A stretch of 53,741 bases of DNA, the filler included, from Bipalium vagum (lineage: Eukaryota): NCBI GenBank assembly GCA_037834085.1. It is 3 parts of 3 records of this genome, joined end to end, with 100 filler letters (N's around TTAATTAATTAA, not from the genome) between each part and the next. Parts side by side here need not be neighbours in the genome. Positions count along the whole stretch, not along the records: positions 1 to 16,504 come from JBBMKC010107749.1; positions 16,605 to 32,815 come from JBBMKC010122567.1; 1 more part is not named here. The stretch is one strand, 5' to 3'. This document shows, in pieces, positions 13,901 to 27,100 of the stretch. A program made the position numbers and the translations under genes. How positions within the stretch are numbered: position 1 is the stretch's first letter; the number at the start of each line of letters is the position of its first letter. The notes beneath the pieces were generated by a model that was not told the origin of the DNA, made no database searches, and worked only from the letters and a program-made list of their open reading frames with translations.

Positions 13901-15111
13901 TAGTTAATTCACGAATATTTAATAATAATAATAATATATACATATAGTTATTCATATTACTTTGTTAACAAGTTCAATCCAAGCAGATCGATAATTGCTA
14001 GGAAAAATGAACTTTAGAAATATATTTTCATGAAATGATAATAATTAATGATTGAGATTGACTTATTTAATTTAGAAAAAATTATTTCATTTTTTCATAT
14101 TAAGATATCAATTTTAAATTCATTATTGAATGGATTTAATTGGATAATATAATGTGGCCGTCGTTCTTAACGCAATTACACAAATTTAAGAGGGCGGACT
14201 CTGTTCGCATAAACATAGATGTTCCTTTCTAAATATTTTTTTTAATTTATATTACTTATTTTCATTATGAATACAGAATATTTAAGATAAACAAGATTTT
14301 AAAATAAAAATCAATATTGATTGTTTAATTTACCATTTAATCGATTATATAATTACCTTTTGAATAGGATATAGAGGTAATTGTGATGTTAATGCGGGTC
14401 TTGACTGATTGTGTTTACTGTCACCACCAGACGATGCTGAAATAGTGGGACCAGCGCTGTTTGACATGGCTTGTGATTGCTTCTGATTTAATAATTTACT
14501 ATTATTAATGTTGTTTCCATTTGACTTGATGCTGGCCATAGAATAAAATGGATTGGCATTATTCAAGTGGCTTGCACCACTGACAACGGTGGTACCGGAA
14601 ACGTTGTTAATATCATATGATGATTTATGTTTGACATTTTGATGATCATTTCCCATCACATTACCTTCGTTAGCCATTATTTCGGTACCTGAAGTTGGTG
14701 CTACTGAACTGATATGCGATGGATTAACGTTTTTTGGAGATGCAGTAACTGATCTTCTGCCACCACCACTGGAGGGCGCAGTTCCAACTGATGAAGCTCC
14801 ACAAGAAGCTGAATGTGGACTTTCCTTATTTTTCTTACGTCCTAAAGTGTTTTTTAAACTTGAAAATAACCCCTGCAATTTTATTGAATATGATTTTGAA
14901 TAAGAATTTAATCTATAACTTGTTTTGATTTTTTACAAAAATTACTGGGAACATAACCCGTTTCGCCTTTGGAATTCATTACTTGCCACCAGTGCTGAGA
15001 GTCATCCAACAAAGTCAGCTTTTCACCTTTAGTTATATTTAATTCATGTAAGTCAGAAGCTTTGTAATCAAATTTTGCTAAGGCAATTCCAACTGGCTGC
15101 TTTTGGGCCAT
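1962..15111 (-). CDS. nck: Nck/Dreadlocks-family adaptor protein (SH3-SH3-SH3-SH2), 6 coding exons, about 665 aa
   Basis: Manually spliced with phase-compatible GT-AG junctions: exons 15111-14920, 14872-14357, 10744-10239, 8098-7870, 3878-3540, 2177-1962 (1998 nt, open frame, TGA stop). SH3-1 AKFDY..EL..LLDDSQHWW..GYVPSNF. SH3-2 AKFSY..DELAL..EKSSDGWWRG..GWFPSNYV. SH3-3 SLYPF..EEMSFEANEILEVLERPVDDPDWWRCRN..GLVPRNYV. SH2 WYWGAISRIECE..FVIRDSESHPGDLTIT..FKV..IGQKVF..LIQHYRTHPIY. Confidence 0.95.
4507..5670 (-). mobile_element. Decayed IS630/Tc1-like transposon in nck intron
   Basis: ORF 4614-4874 carries DDE_3-type motifs (DTVPFHK, LPPYSSQSNPIEETFS). An inverted repeat pair lies at 4507-4529 / 5649-5670 (CAGTGTTTTCCAAAATATTTAAC). 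Confidence 0.75.
5830..6560 (+). mobile_element. Penelope-like retroelement remnant (RT thumb/linker and GIY-YIG endonuclease)
   Basis: DKELTFIKERLKKNAY resembles the EL..IK..L..NGYP motif. KTPTLSILQVNIVYQFKSQGCNSLYIEETT is a degenerate NVVY.F.C..C...YIGET GIY-YIG motif. Boundaries are approximate. Confidence 0.7.
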
Positions 15112-16392
15112 CTATACCTTAAAAACAAATTTAAATTGTAATTAAAATTATATATTAGATAAGAAACTCGGTTTATATATTTTTAAAATTTTAATATAAA
15201 TAACATTTTAATAATATTTAAAAATTTATCATAAATTTAACAATTTAAGATATTATTATTTACAAAGAATTAAATTGGTTTCTTTAAATATTAAAACAAT
15301 TAACATTTTTATGTTTACAAAACAGACTTTAATAAAGATAAATAGTTGATTTGCACATAAATTATTATGAAACCCAAAAAATTAAAACATGTAAAAATAT
15401 AGTATTACCTTATATATTTTTTTTAATTCAGATAAAAGATAACATTAAATCTTGAAGTGTTTTATTTTTTTTGATTTTCATAATAATTTGTGCAAATGAA
15501 TCTATTATTCCCTATTTACATTTATTTTCAAAAATATAATTTTAAACTAGAAAAAAGTGTTTCGTTTTAACAGTTTCTTTAGTATACCATTTTAAAAATT
15601 TTCAACCCTAAATATGTAAAAATTCAACAAACTGACAATTGTTGCTATTATACCTTACCAAGTAACTTTCGCTCGTAAATCAATAACTCCTCGCTACACA
15701 ATGTTGTGTTCATTTTACTGTTGTAGCTGCACAATTGTAAACTAAATTTGAATGAAAACCCCACAATAAAACTTTATCCGCACCCTAATTGAATCAAAAC
15801 AATCACAGTAAAACTTTACTGATACTCACAAAACAAATCACACAAAAATCCAAATCTTTCAAATATTCAAGTATTTAAAAATCACGAATTTACTGATCAA
15901 ATGTCAATAAAAATATTTTAAAAATTAATTTCCTTAATATCAAACGATCACAAATCAATAAATATAATAATAAAATGAGTTATGAGACTTAAAAAACAAA
16001 TAATTAAACAATTTATGAGAAATAAATAATCAAAATTCACAAAAAGAAAAATAGAATAGAATCAATACAATCTCACCAGGAGTTACAAGGAGTCCCTGGG
16101 TAGTCCTATGGGTCCTCTTCAAGTCACTTAAGCTTCCTAAACTCGCTGGATCCCCTTGGAAAATCCTCTTGCATCATTTGTATATATTGGTAAAACAAGA
16201 TCTCACTGAAATATCCTTGTTGATCACTAAATTTACTTTTGAAAAGTAAATGTTTAAAAGAAAAGACTCTTCTCTATATAAACAGAACTTCTTCGGAATA
16301 GTTAAATTTTCTTCGTACACAAGATATACAAACAAATCTTTCTTAACCAAAAATTTCTTACTTCTTTACTGAGCATTTCTCTGAATAGCCAT

Positions 16393-16430
16393 TGTAAGAT
16401 AAATTGAAAATTAGTCGGGGGATGTAGCTC
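16393..16430 (+). mobile_element. 5'-only truncated copy of the tRNA-Ala-like TG..CA element
   Basis: TGTAAGATAAATTGAAAATTAGTCGGGGGATGTAGCTC matches the first 38 nt of copies 1 and 2. Confidence 0.65.
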
Positions 16431-16504
16431 TTCCATGTGACTGGTCTAAATTTGAAGGAAATGAATTATTTAAATTAGGCACTCCATTTGATTTTCATGC
16501 AATT

Positions 16505-16604
16505 NNNNNNNNNNNNNNNNNNNNNNNNNNNNNNNNNNNNNNNNNNNNTTAATTAATTAANNNNNNNNNNNNNNNNNNNNNNNNNNNNNNNNNNNNNNNN
16601 NNNN
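16505..16604. other. Artificial contig spacer N44-TTAATTAATTAA-N44
   Basis: A six-frame stop linker flanked by Ns, exactly 100 bp. Confidence 0.97.
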
Positions 16605-17039
16605 TATTCAAACAAATTAATTAATTTAAATAATAAATATTTAAACTAATTAAATTATTTAAAACATTTTAATCCTCACATTAACAAACATATCAATATA
16701 GAAATTCCATGCTAAAAATTATTCTTCTTTGATAATTTTCTAATTATTACTATTACATTATTCTAAAATAATAAATATTTCAAAACAAATCTTAAAAATA
16801 ATAAATAAGACAATAAACATCTTTATTTTGAGAATGATTTTACTAGAATTATCTGAAGAGTTTGCAATCAAGGCAATATATAAAATCTAAATCAGATGAA
16901 CTTTGTTATTAAAAATATGGTTTTATTGTGTATACTAAAAGTGATATTTCAAGAAATTTATAAAGCACTTTTTGAACAAATAAATATATTCACCGATTGG
17001 TATTTTATCAATGAAAACTATAATTATTAAAACAGGCAC

Positions 17040-18080
17040 CTAAGCTTGATATGAGGTAGCAGAAGTATGTCCTCCATGACCTGTCCAGTCGGTATGCTCA
17101 AACACACCAGGGTGATCAAGTAGCTGATATTGATGAGCACCAAACAAATCTCGCTGAGCCTATAAAACTTTAAAATTCACCAAATCATAAATCATCAATC
17201 ACTTGTAATAAATTGGCTGGTAGCTTTTCAGTTCTTAAACCGTCATAAAAAGATAAGGCACATGAAAATGCAGGAACTGGAATTCCATGCATCACTGATA
17301 CAGACACCACATTCCTCCAGCTTTTCTTTAAATTAATTTTTTTTAATATTGAAGTTATTAATTAAAATAGAACTAATCTGTGTGAAAAAATTTTTAAAAA
17401 ATATTAAAATTAGGTTAATTTGATTTCACGTTTCTAATCAATATATGACTTACGAGTTTTTACAATATTTATTAGAATAATTTTCAATAAATTAAAATCA
17501 ATGAATTTTGAGAAATTTTCGAAAAAAATCAATATCATAAATTGAAACGAATCTCACTTACTACCCTCTCTCCAAAGACTAAGAAAATTTCACTTACAAA
17601 ATGGGTAATGCATAATTTTCAAAAAGTATGACAGTTTTATAAAAATATTTTTGATAATTTGATCCTCAATAAAAATAGAATTTCTAATGTGTTGCAACCA
17701 TTTAAATTTCTTTTGCATTTAGGATGTGATAAATATTTTCGATTACAATTAAAAATTGTTAAAACAATTTAAGCATTCAAAATTATGTTAGTCCTTATAT
17801 AAATCAATATTAGTATATCGATCAATAAAAATATATCCAACTAACGAAAAAATAAATGTTTTTGTCAGTGATTTAAAAAATTTTATACCAACAGAAAAGA
17901 TTATGATGAAGATCAACAAGAATTATATAGAAGAATTCTTTGTAATTAAAACAAATAATTTGGAAACCTTATTTTAAACATTAACGGAAATAAAAATATT
18001 AAAAATTAATTAAAATCACAGAGCACTTAAATTTAAAAAGCTAAAACTTGATCACAGAACAAATTTTTTATCATTGATTG

Positions 18081-18121
<41 letters not shown>

Positions 18122-21100
18122 TTTAGAACTGTGATCGATAATGCGATAGTAAAAAGGCTCTTTTAATAGCACAATAATCTTAGAGATACGGAATGTGGAT
18201 AATTATTGAAAGTACAAACGAAAATAAAACAAAACAATAAAGTATTTGTCCAATAGCGTTTTGGAATGCAGATTATTTCAAGCACACAATCTTTTATCCA
18301 TTATGTTAAAATACAATATTTGTGTTCTTTAAATGTAATTCTAACAATTGCCTAAATCAAACTATTTAAAAGGAAAATACATTAATGTCTCTAAACAAAG
18401 ACGATAACCTCTTATTTGTTATCAATTAATAAATAAATCCATTAGTTCAATAATTTTACTTTTAAGGAATAGATGAAGAGATGGAAAGAAATCCACTAAA
18501 TAATATTTATCACAAATGAAATAGTTTCAAAGCGATTTATTGAAAATGCATCCAAGATTATTGACAATATATATATTCAAAAAACAGGTCTGAATTTTAT
18601 AAATGAAAAAAATTCCCATAATTTATATGCTCATTTTAGAAAAAATTAAACAATTCATTGAATTTCGAGTTTCGTATTGTTACTATTCAACTTTATTATT
18701 TAAGATTTATATTCATCAATGAAGTACAGAGAAATGCTAAATTTACTGAAAATTATGTCTGATTTTAAAATCCAAACTAAAATAAATGATGTTCACATGA
18801 ACTTTATTAAATGAAATAAGGGCGATTATTCTTTATGAATTCAAAACATGCCATGGGACTGGTAAAGTACATCCGAAATGTCAATGGTGCATTCGACCAT
18901 GGAATAGTTAATGAGCGTATAATAAGTTGACGATTTCAAAACTTTCTAAAAATATTATTAATCTCTTTTGAAATGAAGAAAAATGAAAAAGTGCTCAAAA
19001 CTTTCTTTCCAAACTGGGTGTAAAAATAAAAATGTACAAAATTTTCAAACATCATTTTTGTTCGAAGTAATCAATTCGTAAACAATCAATTTTAGAATTT
19101 CACTATTCAACTTTCATCTAAACCTCAGGTCCTAAAGATGAGGAAAGAGACCAAAATATTTTCAAAACTATTTATTGAAAATTTTTAATAAAATTCCCAA
19201 GAAATTGGTCCGTACTGACTAAAACTTTAAATTCGATAGGAATACTCATCAATAAATGAGAAAAGAAAACAAAGTAACTAAGTGAATTTCGAAATTTAAC
19301 CAATCGACTGGTAAATCTCACTTATTAATGACACTAACGGAGATATACTAAGATCTATTGAATTCCCAAATTACATCACTCACAATACGAATAATATTTG
19401 AGTAAAATGTTGTTGCAGTACATCATTGATAAAAAAGAATGTTATAATAATTTAAGTTAAAAAGTTAAAAATTTAAATGAGATTGAAATAGTTTTAATTG
19501 ATCTCTCTTTCCATCAGTCACAAATGGAAGCGAAAAAAAGGGAATTTGGATTCAGAATAAGTAAACAGACATATTACTTACTTGGCATTTCAATATCTCT
19601 TTCTGGAAAAAATCATCGAACAGAAGTATCATCAAATTATTGTTCTTAGCATAAGCATCCTTAATATTTTGCAAAAATCGACTGAAACGACATATTTTAA
19701 AGAGAATTATTAAGAAAAAGACTAATTTCTTAGCCTTTCAAAAACCTTCTAATGATACAACCACCTCTCCAAGTTAGAGCGATTTTTCCGAAATCTAAAT
19801 TCCAATCTGAATCTTGTGACATGCTTTTCATCATCATAAATCCTTGAGTGTATGATATAATTTTGCTGGCATACAAAGCCTGTAAAATAATTCAAAATCA
19901 ACTCCTCAACCAATTTAAACGATTAACAAGACCAGTTTAATATCATTAAGAAATTCTTGTTTATTCTTTGTAAATGTTTGATGATTTCCGACGTTGGAAG
20001 GAAATCGATGACTTGCCTCAACCCGAAGAGTTTTTAAAGCAGACAAATTACGAGCAAATACACTTTCCGCTAAAATTATTATTACTTAATTGGAATCTCA
20101 TAATTTATAGTTCGCGTTTTTTAATCACGACTTAAAAGGTGAAAATAGAAAATAATATTCACAATTTAAAAATGATAATTGATAAACCATGGTTATATAG
20201 AATTTCAATGAATAGAAATATATTTTGAGATTTTTTTCATATGAATTGTTTATTTTATAAAAAAAAATTTCATTAAAACTAAAATGATCAAAGTTGGTGA
20301 CTCAAATAGATTTCACATTTATAAAATCTTTATTTATTAACATAGGACAATCGGTTTTATTGATTTTATATTTTTAGTGGTATGAATTATTTTCAAACAA
20401 TTTTATTAATGAAATAACTCTAAAGCTGATCATAAGTTCATAGAATAAATAATGATTAAATATCACAACAATTTTAAACTTGTTATATCAATAGGTTTTC
20501 ATAGAACCAGTACTGAAATTATTGCTATTCAGTTTATCATATCATTTTCAAGAATTTTTGTGAAAGCCTAATCAAAATCTCATCATAAATAAAACTCTAT
20601 ATAAATTTAAATTTACAATAAAATTGTATAAAAAATAACTTTTATACAACCAACTGCACCCATCCTTTAATGACACCATTACTAAATTTTAAAAAAGTGA
20701 TAAATAAATATTGGTATAAAAGCTATTTAAGCCAAACAGAAAATATTAATTTCACAAACCAACCGTTTTTTATTTGAATGTGACAATATATAAATAAATA
20801 ATACAAATATCTAATCGTCATGAGAGGGGGCAAAAATTTGAGAAATATAATCAATAATATTGTGGAAAGTATATAAGTTCTTAAAATGAAGAAATCAAAA
20901 ATTAATTATCAGCTAAAACTTGAACAATATCCGAAAAAATTCAATGTTTCCGTCACAAATAAAATGTAAATTGGCAATCAATAAAATGTTAATATTCAGT
21001 TTGACGTGAATCGACTGATAATATACAAAATTTTGTCGATTTCACAGAAAAGTATTTGTCAGAAGTGATATAACAAATAAAATATCTTATGTTGTGAGAT

Positions 21101-24100
21101 TCGAGTCTCCTGTTTGTATTCGTTGTGGAATTTATGAACATTGGAACAATCAATTATGCTTGTTGTCATTTATGTGAAATGAACATAATGTTGAACAGTT
21201 ATAATTAAAATAATTTTAAGAAAATGGATAATTTAATATTTCTTAAATTTTAATAAAAGATAAAATATCGATTTATTAAAGAATTTTTATAACACACTTC
21301 CAAAATTTGAATAGACTTTGATATATATATATATTATTCCGATAAATTATTTTATTACGAAAATATTGATATTAACTAATCAAATAACGATTATAACTTT
21401 AATGAATTTAGAAATATAATGGGTAAAAATTACCAATCAAAGTGACAGGAACACCACAATCTAAAGCAGTTATTGCAGTCCATTTCCCGGTACCTTTCTG
21501 TAAAAATATCACCAATAAAGAGTGAGACAAATTCCACAATATTAAAAAAAAGATATTATTTTTAAAAGAAAAATTTGCGAGATTTAATGATTAATTAACA
21601 GATAAACAGCATAATTTCTCGAGTTATAATAGTAGACATTTTATAAATTTTATTGACCTATGAAATGTAATTTGATGAAAAGTACTTTACATTTAAACGC
21701 AAAGATTAATAATGAAAGTGTCCAAAATGTGCAAAATGAATTGAACATTTTAAAATACCAAATGTGCGTGCAGGCATGTTATGAACCATTTCCTTTCCCG
21801 GCTGTGAATTTATTCCACAAATATTTACTGAAACTCAAACGCACTTCAAATTTTTCATTTTGAAATAATCAAATTTCAGTGTTTCCTTCCCTAAAATATT
21901 CTTTATATGTATAATAAACGCAGGAAATTATATTTTTTATAAATAATGTAAAGTTAAGATTCTTAATAGAATGTTAGCCCTTTAAAAATTCAATTTATTA
22001 ATCTAGTAATGTTCCTGTAATTTTCATAAATTCAAAGGAATTTTTAATCATTTTAATCTTATACATAACTAAAAGAAAAGAAATTTATAAAAGAAATACA
22101 TAAAAAATTATTACAGTTAAGAAAACGAAATACTATTTCGAATAGAATATTGACAAAAGTACAAAAATTGAGTCCATTTCAAAATTTAAATGATATTCTA
22201 GGAGACAATAGGTAAACAGACTTCAAATTGAAACGATGAAAACCGGTAAATATTGGAATTAAATATTTTACTGGTGTATTATATTTTTAATTATCCTTAT
22301 ATCTGTGTTACCTAAATTGAAATTTTAAACGAGTTTGATTGCAGCACAAAATCAAAACAATTATGGAGGGTTATTTTAATTGATTTTACCTATAGTTGTA
22401 AATGGATAATCTATTAATAGAGAAGATAATTCCAAAAATTTTAATGACCAAGTAAAATAATGAGAAATAAAAAATTTTGAAAAATTAAAATTATTAAAAA
22501 AATATTATTTCCGATTAATATGAAATTAAACCATTAATATTCACGATTCTTAAACTTATCTTGTACATAAAGCACAATTTTGTGTTATTTCTTTCTATGG
22601 AATTCTTTGTTAAATTAAATTATAAAAATATTAATAAGAAAAGTCGGGAAATTACAAATACAGGAAATGCTTTAATCTACTTTTATATTTCTCAGTCAAC
22701 TTTCTCCGAAAAACGTCCAGGATTGGCAAATCGAAAGAGCGTATCTACCAGTACAACAATGCCAGGCCTCATATATCTTTTGGTAGAATTGAGCCATTTC
22801 TATTGGCAACTCATTTCAACTTTTCTTGCTTAATATCATTTTCTAGGCAGTATTTCTCTGTTATTATCATTTCTACATTTTTCAGGTAAAAATAACGAAT
22901 AACTCCTTTTGAACACCATCATGTGTCTGTTTTGGGAATGGACTTAGGACATTCACAGATGTCAAACCACTGTGCTGAACGTTTAATAATGTTCTATAAC
23001 AACCATTTTTCATCAAACGTAAACAAACTACGAAGAAAATGAGTTCTTGAGCATATCTCATAGCACTTCATTTTGTTTTTCATCGTTAACTTATTTGGCA
23101 TCTATGTCTCCAGCTTCTTGTCTTACATATTTACTTCATACGACTTGAAACGGTTCCAATACTGACATCTAGATTTTTGGAAATTTTTTTTTATTACTGT
23201 TCGCGTATTTTCTTCCACCAGAGCCTTTTATTTTCATCGTTTGAAAGGACTGTCAATTCGTTCGGCATTTTCAAGGAATAAATCTTTATTACAGGTCTAC
23301 TGTTGAGTGATTTACACTACCATTATCCAAAGTTCTTAAAATTTTCGAGCAATTTTAGCTGCTTTTGTACCGTTTCGAAACTCTAAATAAATTTCGCGCA
23401 AATCGCAAAACATCACACATAAATAGGAAAAAGGTATTCAGATTTTAATTTTAAAGCCAAGAAGATTAATACAGGCTTGTCAAACATGCAATATACTTGC
23501 GGCGATTTTAAAAAATTTTGAAAAAATCAGAGAGAAAAAGGAAAAGATGATGCGTTTCTTGTCATATATGTGGATAACTTTATAATATTCGTCAAATGAA
23601 TTGAAAGCCTTAACCACCGGAATTTAATAAAAAAAGATTTCGTAATTTTTCATATTTTCAACATCCGCTTTCATCATTCTCGTCGCCGTGTACATTTTAT
23701 GTTACCATGGCAGAAGAAAGTCTGCAAATGGAACTATTAGAAATGGAGTCGGATTCTTTACCCGACAAAGTATTTTGAAGTGGGAATACATGATTTCTTT
23801 ACATACCTTCCGAAAAGGTTTATAAACTTCAGAAAGTTTGCTACGTGGATTGTGGCAATGCTCGGTTCAACCTAATTTTTATTTTCATGAAATTAACAAA
23901 AGTTTTTCAGAGATCTAGGTTGACTGATTTTTAATAACCAAAATTTCTTTTTCTAATTTATTCATTAATATGAATTTTATTATATTTTTTATCATAGGCA
24001 TTTCTAAAAATCTATTTTAGACTTAACAGATAAAATTAATAGTTAGCAGTTAACTGTTAAGATGTATATATTTAAGATTTAACAACATTCTAATTATGTC

Positions 24101-27100
24101 TTGATTTATATAATTTTGAAAAAATAAAAAATTCCGAAAAAAACTTGAAGAAAGCATTTGGTTTATTACGGTGGTAATGATATTAGAAAGAAACGTTGAT
24201 TCATTCATTAAGATTTATATAAAATCAAAATTTTTTAAATAATACTTTTATTTACTTAAGTAATATGTAACAATTATAGCAAAACGAAAATTGAAACACC
24301 TACGTGAAAACTAAATAGAAAAGTAACTGGATGATTTTAAAACTACTACATTGTCAAATCATTGAAAACCCTTATTCATATCGATTAATATCTATGATTA
24401 TTTTGTAAACTGCTTCAATGGTTTCACTATTGAAATAACATCAAATGACATTAACAACCACCATATACACAGTCTATACAAAATTATAAAAATTTGGCCA
24501 TACTTCATATGAGCTTAGAAACAGCTGATCTGTAATTAATTGTAACAATCACAAACTATTATTTATTTTACTTTTCTCCAATTTCTTGGCTTATTCAACA
24601 AATGCTACTAATGAAAATCGTATAACGATCAAAACCAGCTGTACTGAATAAAATTACTCAAAACATTTAAGGTTGCATTTTTAGGTAACTCAAATCAAGA
24701 TTTTTCTGTATAATGTAAAACCAAACTCACCAAAATATGGCTGAAGAAAGGCTTAAAAAGTCGACAAAGTTTTCACTTGGTTAATTTAATATTACACGAA
24801 TGTAAACAAATCATTAAATTTCAAGAATGAACATAAACGAATATTTACATTTGCTTCGATCTATTCATAAGGATTCAATAACAGTAAGACTGCTATTACA
24901 ATTTAAACTCAGAAATGTTATGCTTACCAAGTGTTTTATTGACTTAAGAGATCTTATTTTTGAAAATAAGTCGCATTTTGGAAATTGATCAATAGAAGAT
25001 TAGCTCAAGGCTTTAAACTTATGAAAGTTTATCAAAATAACACCTGGGTCAAATCAGGTGAATTTCAAGAAATACGTGTTAAACTAAAAAGTGATTAAAA
25101 TTATAATTCAATTTGAAATTTTAACTGTAATTTCCGAAATCCCAGCAAAATCAATTAGTAAATGATTATTGTTGACTCGTGTTAAAAATAAAATTATCCA
25201 ACGGTAAAATTTTAGAATGTGATCATAATTGATATATATAGGGTGTTTATTATGTATGTTAACATACTTTAATTTCAAATTACAAGTTCAAAAATATAGG
25301 TATTACTAATTTGTTTATATGGATTAAAAGTTTAATAATCCATTTAATTAATTTTCAAATAAAATAGCTTTGCATTTTTCGATGGAAGAATTCAAATTGT
25401 TGTATGGAACTCCAAATTTGATAATTTTGAAATAATTTATCACTCACCACCAAGTAGGCAAACAATTAAAAAAATAGTGGAAAAGTTTAAGAAGACTGGA
25501 AGTGTTCATGACCAAGTAAAATCCGGCCGACCTCGTTCCGTATTAACAACGAAAACAATTCAAAGAGTGAAAAAATTGACTGAAGAATCTAGCAATTTTT
25601 CAGTTCGGCGGGGTGCTAGGGAACTTGACATGACTGTAAGCAGTTATTACATGGCAATTAATGAAGCAGGCTTTCATTCATTTAAGCCGTCAACCGTAAT
25701 TGAGATCAGCAATGACGACTTTAACCGAAGAATGGAATTTTTTCAGACAAGAGTAAGTTCATGCCACAATTTTTGCTATTGGGTCTACTCTAAATCTAAA
25801 ATAACAATTTCTGTTAGAAAATGCAGGGTCTGGAAAAACGGTATGGTGTGGTTTAAGTTCACAAGGTATCGTTGGGCCATACTTCTTCCAAGATACGGTA
25901 ACTGGTGAGTCATACCTGTAGATACTGGAAAAGTTTTTATGACCTAGAATAACATGAGGTCGTAAGTACTTACAACACGCACTATTCGCAAAAAGTCAGG
26001 AACTGGCCAGACAAAAAGTTCCCAAATCGTTGAATTGGGTGGCCTCCTTGTTCGCCCGATCTAACTCCACCAGACTTCTTGTGGGGATATCTATAACAAA
26101 ATGTGTACAGAGACAGACCTCATACGATCGCTGAGCTCAAGCATAAAATCAGTCATGTTTGTAATGAAGTAGATACTGGAATGTGCCAACGAGCATGTCT
26201 ATATGTACTGTCTCGATTGTCTAGCTATCAACGGGCGTAAAATTATATAATTACATATTGTATTTGTTTTTAAATATGTTATTCAAATAAAAGTATTATC
26301 TACTTTATATCTTTATTGTTTGTTAAAATATTTAAAATGAAAGTATGTTAACATACATAATAAACACCATGCATATTGGATCTGTGTTCCGTTTTTAGTC
26401 AACAGTAATAAATGGAATCTTATTTTCAATAAAAAACATCATTTTTTATTTTTTTATTTTACATTACTTTCTATTGCGAGAATCGGAAACCTCGAAAAAA
26501 TTGAAAAAGTTAGAGAGAAATAAATTTATTAAAACTAATATTATTAAAGCATTATTACACAATTTTTAAAATAAATATTTGTTAACATACAAACCGAAAA
26601 TTTATTTATTTATAATACAATTTCCATGTCTTCGACAAGTGATAAATCACAGATTTAAGAAATTTATTTTTAAAAAAATAAATTTTATTCCAATTAAAAC
26701 TAATTATATAAAAGTTTACTATTTAAATTAAACTACATTATAAAATATTTAAGTATGCATAAATGTATTCGAATTTCTTTAATATTACTACAATATTACT
26801 TCAATAGACTACATTTTTTAATTCTCGTATTCAAACAATTTTAAGATATTACTGAATTCATATTTCAATAGTATTTTCAACCTTATAGTATGTTTTCATC
26901 AGGTCAACAACATTCCAAGTTTTACATTCCTTAAAAAGAAAAACTTCGTGAAATCGAAAAATGTTTCCTTATCAAAACAATAATAATGAAATAAGATCTA
27001 CTTATGGTTGAATATTCATTTAAAATATTATTAAGCAAACGTAAATATTAAAGAAAAATTAATTATTAATATGCATCTATATCATTTTTTATTGGTTTTA

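Noticed and set aside
16505-16604. Palindromic TTAATTAATTAA inside N runs (also at 32816-32915)
   Set aside because: Artificial six-frame-stop spacer. It also means nck, pgd and the GPCR cluster cannot be treated as linked.
24738-24775. Hammerhead-ribozyme-like CTGAAGA..stem..GACA
   Set aside because: It lacks the GAAA core, and stems I and III and the cleavage triplet could not be built.
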